A stretch of 64,000 nucleotides of DNA from Candidatus Poribacteria bacterium. GTDB lineage: Bacteria > Poribacteria > WGA-4E > WGA-3G. Position 1 is the first letter of the stretch; each line of letters opens with the position of its first letter. Both the position numbers and the translations under genes were made by a program. The stretch is from NCBI GenBank assembly GCA_965205025.1, contig CBDBFU010000012.1, positions 32,001 to 96,000 of the forward strand. Direction: 5' to 3'. This document shows, piece after piece, positions 31,675 to 42,389 of this stretch. Below the pieces are notes generated by a model that was not told where the DNA came from, did not search any database, and worked only from the letters and a program-made list of their open reading frames with translations.

Positions 31675-33312
31675 TTACACCAAATTATATGGCATCTGTC
31701 TGAAGGTAATCTGCAGTTGCTTTAGAGTAGTCTCGGTTAGTTGTGTGCCACCACAATGAATAACCTTTCTCCCGTCATGACGCGGTATACGGTCAATGAG
31801 TTCTTCATTAAGGATATCATCATTGTTTAGAAGATAGACTCCGACTCCATCTACGCTACCTAAGAAAGAGTGTTGATGTCTTTGAGAGACTACTGAAGAT
31901 GAATACGACCGTCCATTCCCTTCTATAAGAGCAACGGTAGTGTCTGTTGTAATTGATGTACCTGTTTCTTTAAAAAAGAGGTATTGTGCCATTTCATGAA
32001 ATGGAATTTCCGATCTTTCCATGAATGTCTCACCAAGGTGATAATATGAAAATGTCTGACCAGTGTTGCACTCCGAGAGTAATGTTCCATCCTGATTATT
32101 CGTAGCATCTTCACAGACTCGCTTGAGACGTGTAGCTAAAATCTCACGTGATACCTTCGGTTCTAGTTCCACTAAAATGAATTGACGATTTCCATTGTCT
32201 TCTTGATTTTGAGCAATAACAGCCTGCCCAGTTGTTCCACTGCCTGCGAAAGAATCTAAGACAATTGAATCAGGATCTGTGGTTAATAAAATCAAACGTT
32301 TTATTAGTTGTAGAGGTTTGCTATTGTCAAAAACCTTTTTGCCAAAAATAGCTTTTTGCTCATTTGTAGCATCGGTTGTAGTTGCAAGATCATAATATAT
32401 ACTACGTTCTTTAAGAACTTTGGCTTTGTCTCGGTTTTCATCAAAATAAATCACTTCGTATGGAGTCCAACGTCCTTTTCTTTTTTTCCATTGAATATGA
32501 TCTTGATCTAAAGCAGTTGGACGAGTTCTCCAATTTCCTTCATTTCCGTCAGGAGCTTGCGGAAAAAAAGCGTTCCCATCTGGATCTTCAATTGGATAAA
32601 ACATCGTCGGTCTATCCTCCCTATATGCATTAGATCCCCATTTTTCAAGTTTCACGAATTTACATTTTCTTCCATTCTTAACTTTAGGATATTCTGCGGA
32701 AGTTCTCTTCTCTGTCCTAAACTTCATAGTAAAAGCATCACTTTTGCGATAACAAAGGATGTATTCATGCTCTCTTGCATAATACTCTGAATCTTGTCCA
32801 CCTCCTGTTTTTTTCCTCCAGATGAGATTAGCGACAAAATTCGTCTCACCAAATATTTCATTCATTACTAAACGTAGATTTGGTTGTTCATTGTCGTCAA
32901 GTGTAATAAAAATTACACCGTCTTTACGGAGGAATTGATAGAGTAGACATAGTCTCGGGTACATCATACATAACCATTTATCATGTCGTGAAAGATCTGC
33001 TGCCAACCCTCCAATTGTTTTTCCAAGCCATTTCTGGATAGTAGGATTGTTAACATTATCGTTATATACCCAATTTTCGTTCCCAGTGTTGTAAGGTGGA
33101 TCAATGATAATACATTTTACTTTACCGGCATAATACGGAAGGAGTGCTTTGAGTGCTATAAGGTTGTCACCTTCAACGAGAAGATTGCCTGTACCAAGTG
33201 GTTCATTATTGTAACCAAAAGACCGACCATGATCAAGTGTGAGAGAATGAATTGGCACTTCATCATGGTGATTGATAACTGCTTCTTTCCCAATCCAGTC
33301 TAAGGTAGGCAT
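31675..33312 (-). CDS. mod: Type III RM Mod subunit (N6-adenine methyltransferase)
   Basis: EGDNL, IDPPYNTG, WLCMMYPRL, DSFAGSGTTG. Confidence 0.92.
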   Translation of the reverse strand: MPTLDWIGKEAVINHHDEVPIHSLTLDHGRSFGYNNEPLGTGNLLVEGDNLIALKALLPYYAGKVKCIIIDPPYNTGNENWVYNDNVNNPTIQKWLGKTIGGLAADLSRHDKWLCMMYPRLCLLYQFLRKDGVIFITLDDNEQPNLRLVMNEIFGETNFVANLIWRKKTGGGQDSEYYAREHEYILCYRKSDAFTMKFRTEKRTSAEYPKVKNGRKCKFVKLEKWGSNAYREDRPTMFYPIEDPDGNAFFPQAPDGNEGNWRTRPTALDQDHIQWKKRKGRWTPYEVIYFDENRDKAKVLKERSIYYDLATTTDATNEQKAIFGKKVFDNSKPLQLIKRLILLTTDPDSIVLDSFAGSGTTGQAVIAQNQEDNGNRQFILVELEPKVSREILATRLKRVCEDATNNQDGTLLSECNTGQTFSYYHLGETFMERSEIPFHEMAQYLFFKETGTSITTDTTVALIEGNGRSYSSSVVSQRHQHSFLGSVDGVGVYLLNNDDILNEELIDRIPRHDGRKVIHCGGTQLTETTLKQLQITFRQMPYNLV

Positions 33313-33781
33313 ATAGTTAGTATCCTGTAAAATGTAGTAAGATTGGTGTTAAGATATAAGTCTATATCACAAAGTTATGTATTCAGCTTGAGTATTTCTT
33401 GAAATCTCATATCTTAGGTCGTGGTTGCATTCAATCAATGTAAATACTAAAGATGTTAATATAGTGATTGATACTAGTACTTACATTAAAAATAAACTCT
33501 TATCTCATACGTAGGTATGGTGAGTGTTAATCTAAAAGAGGTTATAGCCACCCTTTTTAAACTCATCCAGTTAGTATTTTTTCATTGGATCAACATAATC
33601 AATGGCTCTTTCAAGATGATTATATCGTATTAATCTTGAATGTGTCAGCATCCATCTTGCCCTTATTATAAGGTTAACTCTGATTCTCTATTACATATAG
33701 TATACCATAAAATGACATTGAATTATGAATAATAGAAATGGAAAGGATGAAAATAACACTATATATCGAATGGTATGAGTA

Positions 33782-35287
33782 TTAAGTTAAATCCGTTACT
33801 GCTCTTTGAAGTCTTTTCAAAACTTCATCTTTTCCGAGCAACACGACAATATCAAACAAACTTGGACCAAAGGAGAGTCCAGTCAATGCAATTCGCATTG
33901 ATTGCATGGCTGCAACACGTTTAATTTCGTTCTCATCTGTATATTTCCAGACTAAAGATTCAATAGTTTCCAAATCAAAATCACGAATATCTGCTAAAAT
34001 CTGTGATAGATTGATTAGGATCTCACATGTCTTTTGTTTCTTTTCATCTGAGTTTCCCCACCATTTCTTTGTAGCCTTTGAATCATATTCAAAATCATCA
34101 GTAAAGAAGTAGCTTGTTTGAAGAAGAATATCTTTAAATGTGTTAAGACGTTCACCGACTGCTGCTACGATCTTTTCAAGTTTTTCTCTATCTTCTATAG
34201 AATCAATTAGACCTTCTGCCTGCCAATAAGGAATAACAGCATCAGTGCGTGTTGGGACATCAAGTTGGTTGATATAGTGTGAGTTAAGCCATTCTAATTT
34301 TTTCATATCAAACACGCTTCCACTTTTCCCTACACGTGCAAGATCGAACTTATCAATAAGATCCTCAACAGAAAAAATCTCCTGTTTATCATCATAAGAC
34401 CAACCGAGTCTTGCCACAAAGTTTAACATCGCCTCCGGAAGATATCCTTGTTCTCGATAACGGTTAACAGCCACCAAATCACCATGATGTCTTTTACTTA
34501 GTTTCCTACCTGTATCATCAAGAACTAAAGGGATGTGGGCAAATTTTGGGAGTGAGAGACCGAGAGCATTCGCAATTGCAATCTGTTTTGGAGTGTTGTT
34601 GAGATGTTCTGTCCCACGTATCACGTGTGTAATCTGCATTTCCACATCGTCAATAATGGATGTAAGATTGTAGTTCGGCATACCATTTGAACGAACAATC
34701 ACTTCATCCTCAAGAGTAGCAGGATCTATACTCCGTGAGCCAAGTATTAGGTCATCAACAAGGATAGGGGTTTCAGGCATTTTAATCCGTACTGTAGGTT
34801 TTCTACCATCAGCAATATGTTTTTCTACTGCTTCTGATGATAGTTCCCTACATCGACCATCATAGGAACGGGTTGATTTTGCTTCACGTGCTTCAGTACG
34901 TATCTCTTCTAATTCTTCTGGTGTACAATAGCAATGATATGCATGTTTAGACGCAAGAAGTTCCTGTACATATCTATCGTAAACATCCTTTCGTTCAGAT
35001 TGTAGGTAAGGTCCGTAGGGTCCGTCCTTTTCTCCACCTTCATCCCAATCCAATCCTAACCATTGCAAAGCCTCATAAATCTCATGCATAGATTCATCGG
35101 TAGATCTTGCAGTATCGGTGTCATCAATTCGTAGTATAAACTTACCCTGATTGTGTTTAGCAAACAACCAATTGAACAAGGCAGTTCTCGCACCCCCAAT
35201 ATGTAAAAATCCAGTAGGGGATGGTGCCATTCGAACTCTTACTTCACCATTTACAGATGAGTTAGTATTATTTGCAGTATTATCCAT
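33782..35287 (-). CDS. gltX: Glutamate--tRNA ligase
   Basis: APSPTGFLHIGGART, KLSKR; ATG 1 bp after the glnS stop. Confidence 0.96.
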   Translation of the reverse strand: MDNTANNTNSSVNGEVRVRMAPSPTGFLHIGGARTALFNWLFAKHNQGKFILRIDDTDTARSTDESMHEIYEALQWLGLDWDEGGEKDGPYGPYLQSERKDVYDRYVQELLASKHAYHCYCTPEELEEIRTEAREAKSTRSYDGRCRELSSEAVEKHIADGRKPTVRIKMPETPILVDDLILGSRSIDPATLEDEVIVRSNGMPNYNLTSIIDDVEMQITHVIRGTEHLNNTPKQIAIANALGLSLPKFAHIPLVLDDTGRKLSKRHHGDLVAVNRYREQGYLPEAMLNFVARLGWSYDDKQEIFSVEDLIDKFDLARVGKSGSVFDMKKLEWLNSHYINQLDVPTRTDAVIPYWQAEGLIDSIEDREKLEKIVAAVGERLNTFKDILLQTSYFFTDDFEYDSKATKKWWGNSDEKKQKTCEILINLSQILADIRDFDLETIESLVWKYTDENEIKRVAAMQSMRIALTGLSFGPSLFDIVVLLGKDEVLKRLQRAVTDLT

Positions 35288-35288
35288 T

Positions 35289-37025
35289 CTATCCTTTTTG
35301 CATTTTTGCCCAACTATCACGAAGAGGAACTGTCCGATTGAAAACCAGTTTATCCGGTGTTGAGTCCGAATCTACACAAAAATAACCGGTCCGTAGAAAC
35401 TGATATCGACTTTCTGTTTCAGCATCTAATAAACTTGGTTCAACCTTGCAATTTTCCAAGATTTCTAAAGAGTTTGGATTAAGAAATTGTATCCAATCGG
35501 TTCCCTCAACAGCATTCTCTGGTTCACGTTCAGTAAAGAGGGTATCGTATAATCGAACTTCAGCATCAATGGCTTGTTCCGCTGAAACCCAGTGTAAGGT
35601 TCCTTGTACACGACGTCCATCATCTGACCAACCACCCCTTGTATCTGGATCATAAGTACAATGTATTTCTACAATTTCTCCAGTTTGATCATCCTTAATG
35701 ACATTCTCACAAGTTATGTAGTAGGCGTGTTTTAGACGAACTTCTCTCCCTGGGGCTAACCGATAGAATTTTCGTGGCGGATCCTCCATGAAATCATCTC
35801 TTTCAATATATATTTCTCTTGAAAATGGGATTTCTCTTCTACCAGCACTTTCATCTTCAGGATTATTCTCAGCATCAAGCATTTCAACTTCGTCTTCTGG
35901 ATAGTTATCAATAATAACTTTAACAGGATTAAGAACTGCCATTACCCGTGGCGCGCGTATGTTTAAGTCATTTCGTATTGAATACTCAAGTTGTCCTAAC
36001 TCAATCAGATTATCAGCTTTTGATACACCTATACGATTACAGAAATCTCTAATAGCTTCAGGTGTATACCCCCTACGACGCATCCCCGCAAGAGTAGGGA
36101 GTCTTGGATCATCCCAACCGATAACATGTCCTTCTTCAACAAGAATTTTCAGCTTTCGTTTTCCAAGTACAGTATAAGTAAGATTTAAACGAGCGAATTC
36201 AATTTGTCTGGGTTGATAAATCTCTAATGATTCTAAAAACCAATCGTATAAGGGACGATGATCCTCAAATTGAACATCACAAAGTGAATGTGTAACACCT
36301 TCTATTGAATCTGATTGTCCATGCGTGAAGTCGTAGGTAGGATATATACACCAATTGTCCCCATGTCGGTAATGATGTGATCGAAGGACACGATACATGA
36401 CAGGATCGCGCATATTTAGATTGGGACTTGACATATCTATTTTCGCTCGAAGTGTGCGTGAACCATCAGGAAATTCACCATTACGCATCCCTTGAAAAAG
36501 CCTAAGATTTTCCTCTGTACTTCGGTTTCGATAAGGACTTTCCTTACCAGGGGTCACTAATGTACCACGATACGTTCTCATCTCCTCAGATGTAAGATCG
36601 CAAACAAAGGCTTTACCTTTTTCTATCAATTTCGTCGCATATTCATAGAGCGTCTCAAAATAATCGGAGGCATAAAACTCCCGTTCTTTCCAATCGAATC
36701 CGAGCCAATAGACATCTCTCTTAATCGCCTCTACATATTCGCTCTCTTCTGTAATTGGATTGCTATCATCAAATCTTAAATTATAGAGACCCTTATAGTC
36801 TTCTGCAATTCCGAAACTAATACAGATGGCTTTTGCATGTCCTATATGTAGGTATCCACTGGGTTCAGGGGGGAATCGTGTATGAACCCTACCCTCAAAT
36901 CTATTATTTGTAATATCTTCATCAATGGCTTGTCGGATAAAATTAGTTTGGGAAGAATTATTGGAATTTTCTTGGTTGGTATCTTGCCTTTTTGAACTTT
37001 TCAAATTAGAATTAGACGACTTCAT
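35289..37025 (-). CDS. glnS: Glutamine--tRNA ligase
   Basis: [30 protein letters not shown]; AGGAGG RBS. Confidence 0.96.
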   Translation of the reverse strand: MKSSNSNLKSSKRQDTNQENSNNSSQTNFIRQAIDEDITNNRFEGRVHTRFPPEPSGYLHIGHAKAICISFGIAEDYKGLYNLRFDDSNPITEESEYVEAIKRDVYWLGFDWKEREFYASDYFETLYEYATKLIEKGKAFVCDLTSEEMRTYRGTLVTPGKESPYRNRSTEENLRLFQGMRNGEFPDGSRTLRAKIDMSSPNLNMRDPVMYRVLRSHHYRHGDNWCIYPTYDFTHGQSDSIEGVTHSLCDVQFEDHRPLYDWFLESLEIYQPRQIEFARLNLTYTVLGKRKLKILVEEGHVIGWDDPRLPTLAGMRRRGYTPEAIRDFCNRIGVSKADNLIELGQLEYSIRNDLNIRAPRVMAVLNPVKVIIDNYPEDEVEMLDAENNPEDESAGRREIPFSREIYIERDDFMEDPPRKFYRLAPGREVRLKHAYYITCENVIKDDQTGEIVEIHCTYDPDTRGGWSDDGRRVQGTLHWVSAEQAIDAEVRLYDTLFTEREPENAVEGTDWIQFLNPNSLEILENCKVEPSLLDAETESRYQFLRTGYFCVDSDSTPDKLVFNRTVPLRDSWAKMQKG

Positions 37026-37048
37026 GCACACCTCCTCAATCAAAATAT

Positions 37049-37077
37049 ATTATACTTTTAAAATGTAATAATGTCAA
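37049..37077 (-). promoter_or_regulatory. Consensus sigma70 promoter of glnS-gltX
   Basis: Minus strand TTGACA-17bp-TATAAT. Confidence 0.8.
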
Positions 37078-37094
37078 AAATATCAAGAAGCAGG

Positions 37095-37430
37095 GGGTGT
37101 GTAAAGTTTTTGTCACCATAGGTATTAATTTATTCAGTAGTCTCTTCTGTAGAAGGGAACTCCGATTCCCGACTCTTCTCTTCCTCTTCGTAGGGGCGGG
37201 GTCTACCCGCCAGATATTTGTATCGCAATCTTCATGAGGATTAAGTTTTAAATTCGGTAATTCCCATTTTCCCAAACTCGGTAGGTTCGGTTTCCTAACC
37301 GAACCGAATTTCTAACACATTACCGAATTATTATTTTAATCTTCATCCAGATTGCGTCTTGCGGTATAGCACAAACTAACAGATTATGCTACAAAATAGA
37401 CACATATAGTGACAAATTATTTACATACCC
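37095..37430. mobile_element. MITE family G containing REP hairpins and a nested C element (37234-37346)
   Basis: TIR GGGTGTGTAAA..TGTCAC / GTGACA..TTTACATACCC; 9-bp flanks AGAAGCAGG/AGAAGCATG. Confidence 0.7.
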
Positions 37431-37431
37431 A

Positions 37432-38103
37432 GAAGCATGTAGAGTCCATTATCTAACTGTTGATAGAGATTATGATATTCATCTCATGGACTACTATCTT
37501 GAATTTGTTGATGGGATTATAGATGTAAATTTGTATGTAACTATAGGCGTCAATTTAAGAGAAAAAACATTGTATCCCTGACCGGTAGGTGCGGTTTCCC
37601 AACCGCACTATAGGCGTCAATTCAAGAGAAAAAACATCGTATCCCTGACCGGTAGGTGCGGTTTCCCGGGGAATGCCTAATGGCATTCATACCGTTGATT
37701 CACCGCACCGAATTTGTGCCAAACCTTTGATTGAAAGCCTTCGTGTATAATCCGCTTCGGTTAGGAAACCGAAGCTACCGTTCCTGGATATGTACTAAAC
37801 TAAATTGACGCCTATGGTGTAAATTTATATGTAACTTTCTATTCTACCTATACGTTAAATCGATATGATGAGGAAACCTTAATATTGGGAGTGTATAGTA
37901 TGTATACCGACGCTGAAGCAAAAACCGTTGATACAGAATTAAAGCAGGAAAAGAATTTAGATTACTATGAATTTGCGTTGTATTTTGCAGCTATAAAAGC
38001 TAAGGACGAGGAATTCCGGTGGGAACAATTCATTGATAACCTTTCATATATATGTGATCAATTTGCAACTCATATTGAAGTCAATAAACGTGTCAATCAA
38101 TGA
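37432..38103 (+). pseudogene. Hypothetical gene remnant interrupted by MITE D
   Basis: Removing the element and one duplication gives an open frame EACRVHYL...DVNLYVT-FYSTY...GVYSMYTDAE. Confidence 0.55.
37543..37815. mobile_element. MITE family D (TIR ATAGGCGTCAATTTA) with 21-bp target duplication, internal duplication and E micro-element
   Basis: Flanks 37522-37542 and 37816-37836 match at 19/21. Confidence 0.85.
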
Positions 38104-38140
38104 TTAAAAAAATATAATATAATTACGGAATTTTTGATGT

Positions 38141-38179
38141 AAATAGAAAGGGTAGGTTAATAACCTACCCTTTCTATTT
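38141..38179. terminator. Bidirectional rho-independent terminator
   Basis: AAATAGAAAGGGTAGGTTA-A-TAACCTACCCTTTCTATTT between convergent genes. Confidence 0.8.
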
Positions 38180-38193
38180 TATAATCCACTTTA

Positions 38194-39438
38194 TTATAAT
38201 ATTTCACTCAATTTTGGATGATTTTTAAAGATATTAACGAGATTATTGGCTAACTTTTCAGGATCATGTCGGATAACATTCATCTGTCCACCACCTAACC
38301 ATGTTCCATATTCTGTTACTACCATATCTCGAATTAAATCTGCTTCAACAACTGTAATCCCATCCTCTTCAAGTCTTTCAACTTCTCTGTTATATGAAAC
38401 TTGGACTTTCGATGCGTCGGCAACCTGCATAGTTTCAGCAGAAAGACCGGATATATCTTTGGCTAAGTTTAACACTTCTACTAAATGCTCAGTATCTTCA
38501 GCAAGCATTGATAAACCTTCATCGGATAAAGATTTAATCCTTGTTAACTGAGATACCAATTCCTTCCGTACATATTCCTGCATAATTTCTTTAGGTGCAG
38601 GTTGATTATTAACCAATACATAATCAATTGGAATCTTGGCATGGTCAAGTATAGCATCCACATGATCAGTTACTGCATATCCATCGGTTTCACCAGGTTG
38701 TGTCATTACATTACAGACATATATCTTCAATGCCGGGGAACGTTGTATTGTTTCAACGATACCTTTTATAACCAAATTTGGCATAATACTTGTATAAAGA
38801 CTACCTGGACCAATGATAATTGCATCCGCGTTAACAAGTGCATCAATTGCAGTTTCGTGTGCTTGACACTCATACACCTCTTCCGAAGTGTGATGGATTT
38901 TTCCATTTTCTCGTGGTTCAAAAAATACACGTTTAATTGGTTCTCGATTTTCTCGTATAGGTATTGTTGATTCACCTTTAACAATATCTCCATCTGCAAG
39001 TTCAGCACACAAAACTGTATAATCCAAAGTAACAGGTATAATTTGCCCTCGAACCGATAGAAGTCGTGAAGCAGCTTGTATTGCCTTTGGAAAATTACCC
39101 CTAAATTTTTCTGTTAATGCAGTTAACAACAGATTACCAATGGTATGTCCACCAAGGTCCCCATTACTGGAAAATCGGTATTCAAAGAGACCCGCGAGTT
39201 CATCTGCATCAGAAAGCGTACACAATAATCTACGAATATCTCCAGGAGGTAGGACATCAAACTCCTCAACAAGTCGTCCCGAACTTCCCCCATCGTCAGA
39301 TACAGTAACTATTGCAGACAGGCTATCTAAATCAATGATGTTACCACTATCTGTTTCGAGGTCCGCGAAGTATTTTATCCCGCTGAGTAACGCGGAGAGT
39401 CCACTTCCTCCACCGATACAGGTAATTTTCAATGACAT
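38194..39438 (-). CDS. YvcK/GlmR (UPF0052) family UDP-GlcNAc-binding protein
   Basis: IGGGSG, DDGGSSG, PPGDIR, GPGSLYTS, NVMTQPGET. Confidence 0.9.
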   Translation of the reverse strand: MSLKITCIGGGSGLSALLSGIKYFADLETDSGNIIDLDSLSAIVTVSDDGGSSGRLVEEFDVLPPGDIRRLLCTLSDADELAGLFEYRFSSNGDLGGHTIGNLLLTALTEKFRGNFPKAIQAASRLLSVRGQIIPVTLDYTVLCAELADGDIVKGESTIPIRENREPIKRVFFEPRENGKIHHTSEEVYECQAHETAIDALVNADAIIIGPGSLYTSIMPNLVIKGIVETIQRSPALKIYVCNVMTQPGETDGYAVTDHVDAILDHAKIPIDYVLVNNQPAPKEIMQEYVRKELVSQLTRIKSLSDEGLSMLAEDTEHLVEVLNLAKDISGLSAETMQVADASKVQVSYNREVERLEEDGITVVEADLIRDMVVTEYGTWLGGGQMNVIRHDPEKLANNLVNIFKNHPKLSEIL

Positions 39439-39511
39439 AATTACTCCAAACTATACCAAATTGGTTCTTAGTTATTATTGTTACATGTATTGTTATATTT
39501 TTACTATAGTT

Positions 39512-39734
39512 ACGACTTGTGCTAAATGACTATTTGTAATACGCTATTTTACAATAATTGAATTTTGTTAATATATTCTGTTATTGTTTGTAACACTCTT
39601 GAGTCCCGTAGGGACGGAATGTCTATAGAAAAACTATTACACCCATCTCTTGAGTCCCGTAGGGACGGAATGTTTATAGTATAAAATTTATTCGTGAAAA
39701 CAAAATGGATAAATAGTTAACTGGCACAAGTCAT
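39512..39734. mobile_element. MITE family H (TIR ACGACTTGTGC..ACTATTT) with 7-bp target duplication, carrying a REP-A doublet (39601-39679)
   Basis: TATAGTT at 39505-39511 and 39735-39741. Confidence 0.8.
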
Positions 39735-39827
39735 TATAGTTTGTCCTGTTTAACACTCAGTCATGTTATATTTTAAGGACGATGTATTTTGAATGGTATC
39801 CATTATCTATTGTGACAAATTACGGAG

Positions 39828-41228
39828 TTAAAGGTTTATCTGTTTCATTAACGTGCTAAGACATTCAAGTGTTTCGTCACATAAGGTTTCTGCTTCTTCA
39901 GTAGTTGGGGCTTCGCTGAAAACTCGAATAACAGGTTCTGTACCAGACTTTCGAATGTTAACCCACCTGTCATCCCATACACGTTTGATGCCATCTGTCA
40001 AATCCAGCCTTAGAGAGGAATTTTGGGAAGAGCTCGTTTCGTCCTTATATTTTTTCATTGCCATATTAACAAGTTGTGTAGCAGCCTCTTGTGATGGGAT
40101 CTCAAACTTTTTTCTGCACATCTCGTATTTCGGTATATTATCAATAAGACCTGAGATACTTTGTTTTGAATCTACAAGATACTGAAGAATTGCTGCAATT
40201 GATGTTATCCCATCAGTTGTATAATTTATGGATGGATAAATAACTCCACCAGTGCCTTCCCCTCCAAGTACAGCATCTACCTCATTCATTTTTTCAACTA
40301 CCCAACCTACACCAACTTTGGTTCTATGTAAGACCACACCATGCTTTTCAGCAATGTCGTCCAACATTCTACTTGTAGATACAGTAGCTACAATATCACC
40401 TGTCGTTCTACTTAATATAAAATCTGAAACAAAAGTATAGGTCCATTCCCCACTCAATGGAATACCCTTATCTGTTACAATTACGAGTCTATCTGCATCA
40501 CCGTCATGAGCAAATCCAATATCTGCATTTGAATCACGTACAATCTTGCATAGTTCAGATATGGCTTCAGGTGTAGGTTCCGCAGGTCGTTTGAAATTAC
40601 CATCTGGAACACAGTTTAATTCTTCCACATCACAACCGAGTTCTTGCAGCAGTAGTGGACTAATTACACTCCCCGCGCCGTTACCACAATCTAATACCAC
40701 TTTGAAATTCCTTCCTCGAATTGAATCAACATCGATCCATTTCGTATTAAGAATTTGCTTTAAATGAATAAAGTTTGCATCCTTGTTTTCTTCGTATGTC
40801 CCAAGTTGGTTCCAGGCAGATAAGTTATATGACTCTGTCTCATAAATATGGAGAAGTCTTTCTCGTTCTGCTTGATTTAACAATCTTCCAGATTCTGAAG
40901 CAAATTCAATACCATTCCATTCTACCGGATTATGACTTGCTGTGATAGTAATACTTCCCTGAGCATCAAGTACTTTCGACATTAATAGTATCGTTGGTGT
41001 GGAGCATAAACCAACATCAATAACATGACATCCCGTAGCTAAGAGACCAGTTAATACAGCATGCCGTAGCAATGGACTTGAAGTTCGAGAATCACGTCCA
41101 ATTACGACAGTCTTACCTTCAACAAATGTACCAAAAGCTAAACTGAATTTGGTAATAGTTTGTGGGTCAAGTGATTCAGCTACTTTTCCACGAACTCCTG
41201 AGACACTGATGATTGGTTCTGAAGACAT
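39828..41228 (-). CDS. glmM: Phosphoglucosamine mutase / phosphomannomutase
   Basis: TASHNP, DGDADR, GEGTGG, RKSGTEP. Confidence 0.8.
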   Translation of the reverse strand: MSSEPIISVSGVRGKVAESLDPQTITKFSLAFGTFVEGKTVVIGRDSRTSSPLLRHAVLTGLLATGCHVIDVGLCSTPTILLMSKVLDAQGSITITASHNPVEWNGIEFASESGRLLNQAERERLLHIYETESYNLSAWNQLGTYEENKDANFIHLKQILNTKWIDVDSIRGRNFKVVLDCGNGAGSVISPLLLQELGCDVEELNCVPDGNFKRPAEPTPEAISELCKIVRDSNADIGFAHDGDADRLVIVTDKGIPLSGEWTYTFVSDFILSRTTGDIVATVSTSRMLDDIAEKHGVVLHRTKVGVGWVVEKMNEVDAVLGGEGTGGVIYPSINYTTDGITSIAAILQYLVDSKQSISGLIDNIPKYEMCRKKFEIPSQEAATQLVNMAMKKYKDETSSSQNSSLRLDLTDGIKRVWDDRWVNIRKSGTEPVIRVFSEAPTTEEAETLCDETLECLSTLMKQINL

Positions 41229-41269
41229 AAATTTTCTATTCTCTATATGGTTATTAGTTGAACTGAGAC

Positions 41270-41436
41270 ATTAGCGTCAATTTAAGAAAAAAATGTTATA
41301 TCCCTGACCGGTAGGTGCGGTTTCCCAACCGCACCGAATTTGTGCCAAACCTTTGATTGAAAGCCTTCGTGTATAATCCGCTTCGGTTAGGAAACCGAAG
41401 CTACCGTTCCTGGATATGCGCTAAATTGACGCCTAT
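41270..41436. mobile_element. MITE family D with 21-bp target duplication
   Basis: GGTTATTAGTTGAACTGAGA(C/T) at 41249-41269 and 41437-41457; internal inverted REP pair. Confidence 0.85.
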
Positions 41437-41471
41437 GGTTATTAGTTGAACTGAGATAATTTGTTATTCTT

Positions 41472-41619
41472 ATACCATTTCTATTTAAATAGTTCACATT
41501 ACGATCACTCTTAGTAGTCCCCTGATAAGGGGCGGGGAATGCCCTAAGGCGTTCATACCGTTGATTCTTTAGGGGGTTTCTTCAAATAGTAATGAACAAT
41601 GTTCATTTAAAAATGGTAC
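41472..41619. mobile_element. B-type shell with F-type hairpin and E micro-element (41533-41567)
   Basis: ATACCATTTCT...AAAAATGGTAC. Confidence 0.65.
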
Positions 41620-42382
41620 TACATATACGCCATGTCCATAGGAAGCAGCCACATCCTATAACTATAAACCAAAAACTGATTATATACCAAGACGGGTATG
41701 AAAAATCATAAGATGTGATCGGTGTCAATTCATAAAGCAGCGGAGTTCGGAATATATCTATCCCATCATAAATATGGCATATTGCTATTATTGGATTCAG
41801 ATGCAGTATTGGTTGTATGAACTGTTGTATACTGTGGATATATCTATCTAATGGCATCAATAAGAAAGGACTTCCTATCAAGACACTTAAAATTAGATAA
41901 GTGCATTCTGTGCCAAATATGTCATCACGAAGTATTCGCGCACTCCACATTCCCAATGCACCCATAACAAGACAATATACACCTAATACAATCATCATTA
42001 ATAATAATTTACCAGGTGGACTATTTGAATAGAAAAGTGAGAATGCTGTTGATAAAAAAATCCAAATTAAGATAGGTATCTGGTTAACATATAATTTCTC
42101 TAACAGTAGATTTCTAACTCTGAGATTATTTTGAAAGAATGAATCTGAAGATAAAACTGAAATGAATTGTGATCGTATGGATATTGCACCCAAATATGGA
42201 GCGACAATCAGGACAACAAATGTCTGTGCAATAGCATAGCATTCTGCTTTTGAACCCAATTTGGCTAATATTAATAATTCAAAGATGATCCATTGTAAGA
42301 AACACGCAATTCCAATACATATCAATACTTGCTTAATTATGTCTTGTTTCTTATAGGAAAAATAACCCATTGTTGAATCCAC
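41603..42382 (-). CDS. Hypothetical multi-pass membrane protein (ABC-2 permease-like)
   Basis: About 6 hydrophobic segments, LNP motif. Confidence 0.6.
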   Translation of the reverse strand: MDSTMGYFSYKKQDIIKQVLICIGIACFLQWIIFELLILAKLGSKAECYAIAQTFVVLIVAPYLGAISIRSQFISVLSSDSFFQNNLRVRNLLLEKLYVNQIPILIWIFLSTAFSLFYSNSPPGKLLLMMIVLGVYCLVMGALGMWSARILRDDIFGTECTYLILSVLIGSPFLLMPLDRYIHSIQQFIQPILHLNPIIAICHIYDGIDIFRTPLLYELTPITSYDFSYPSWYIISFWFIVIGCGCFLWTWRICSTIFK

Positions 42383-42389
42383 GAATTCT

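Noticed and set aside
16105-39679. REP-A doublets as true CRISPR arrays
   Set aside because: Only two repeats per locus, short spacers, no cas genes or leader, and embedded in MITE shells
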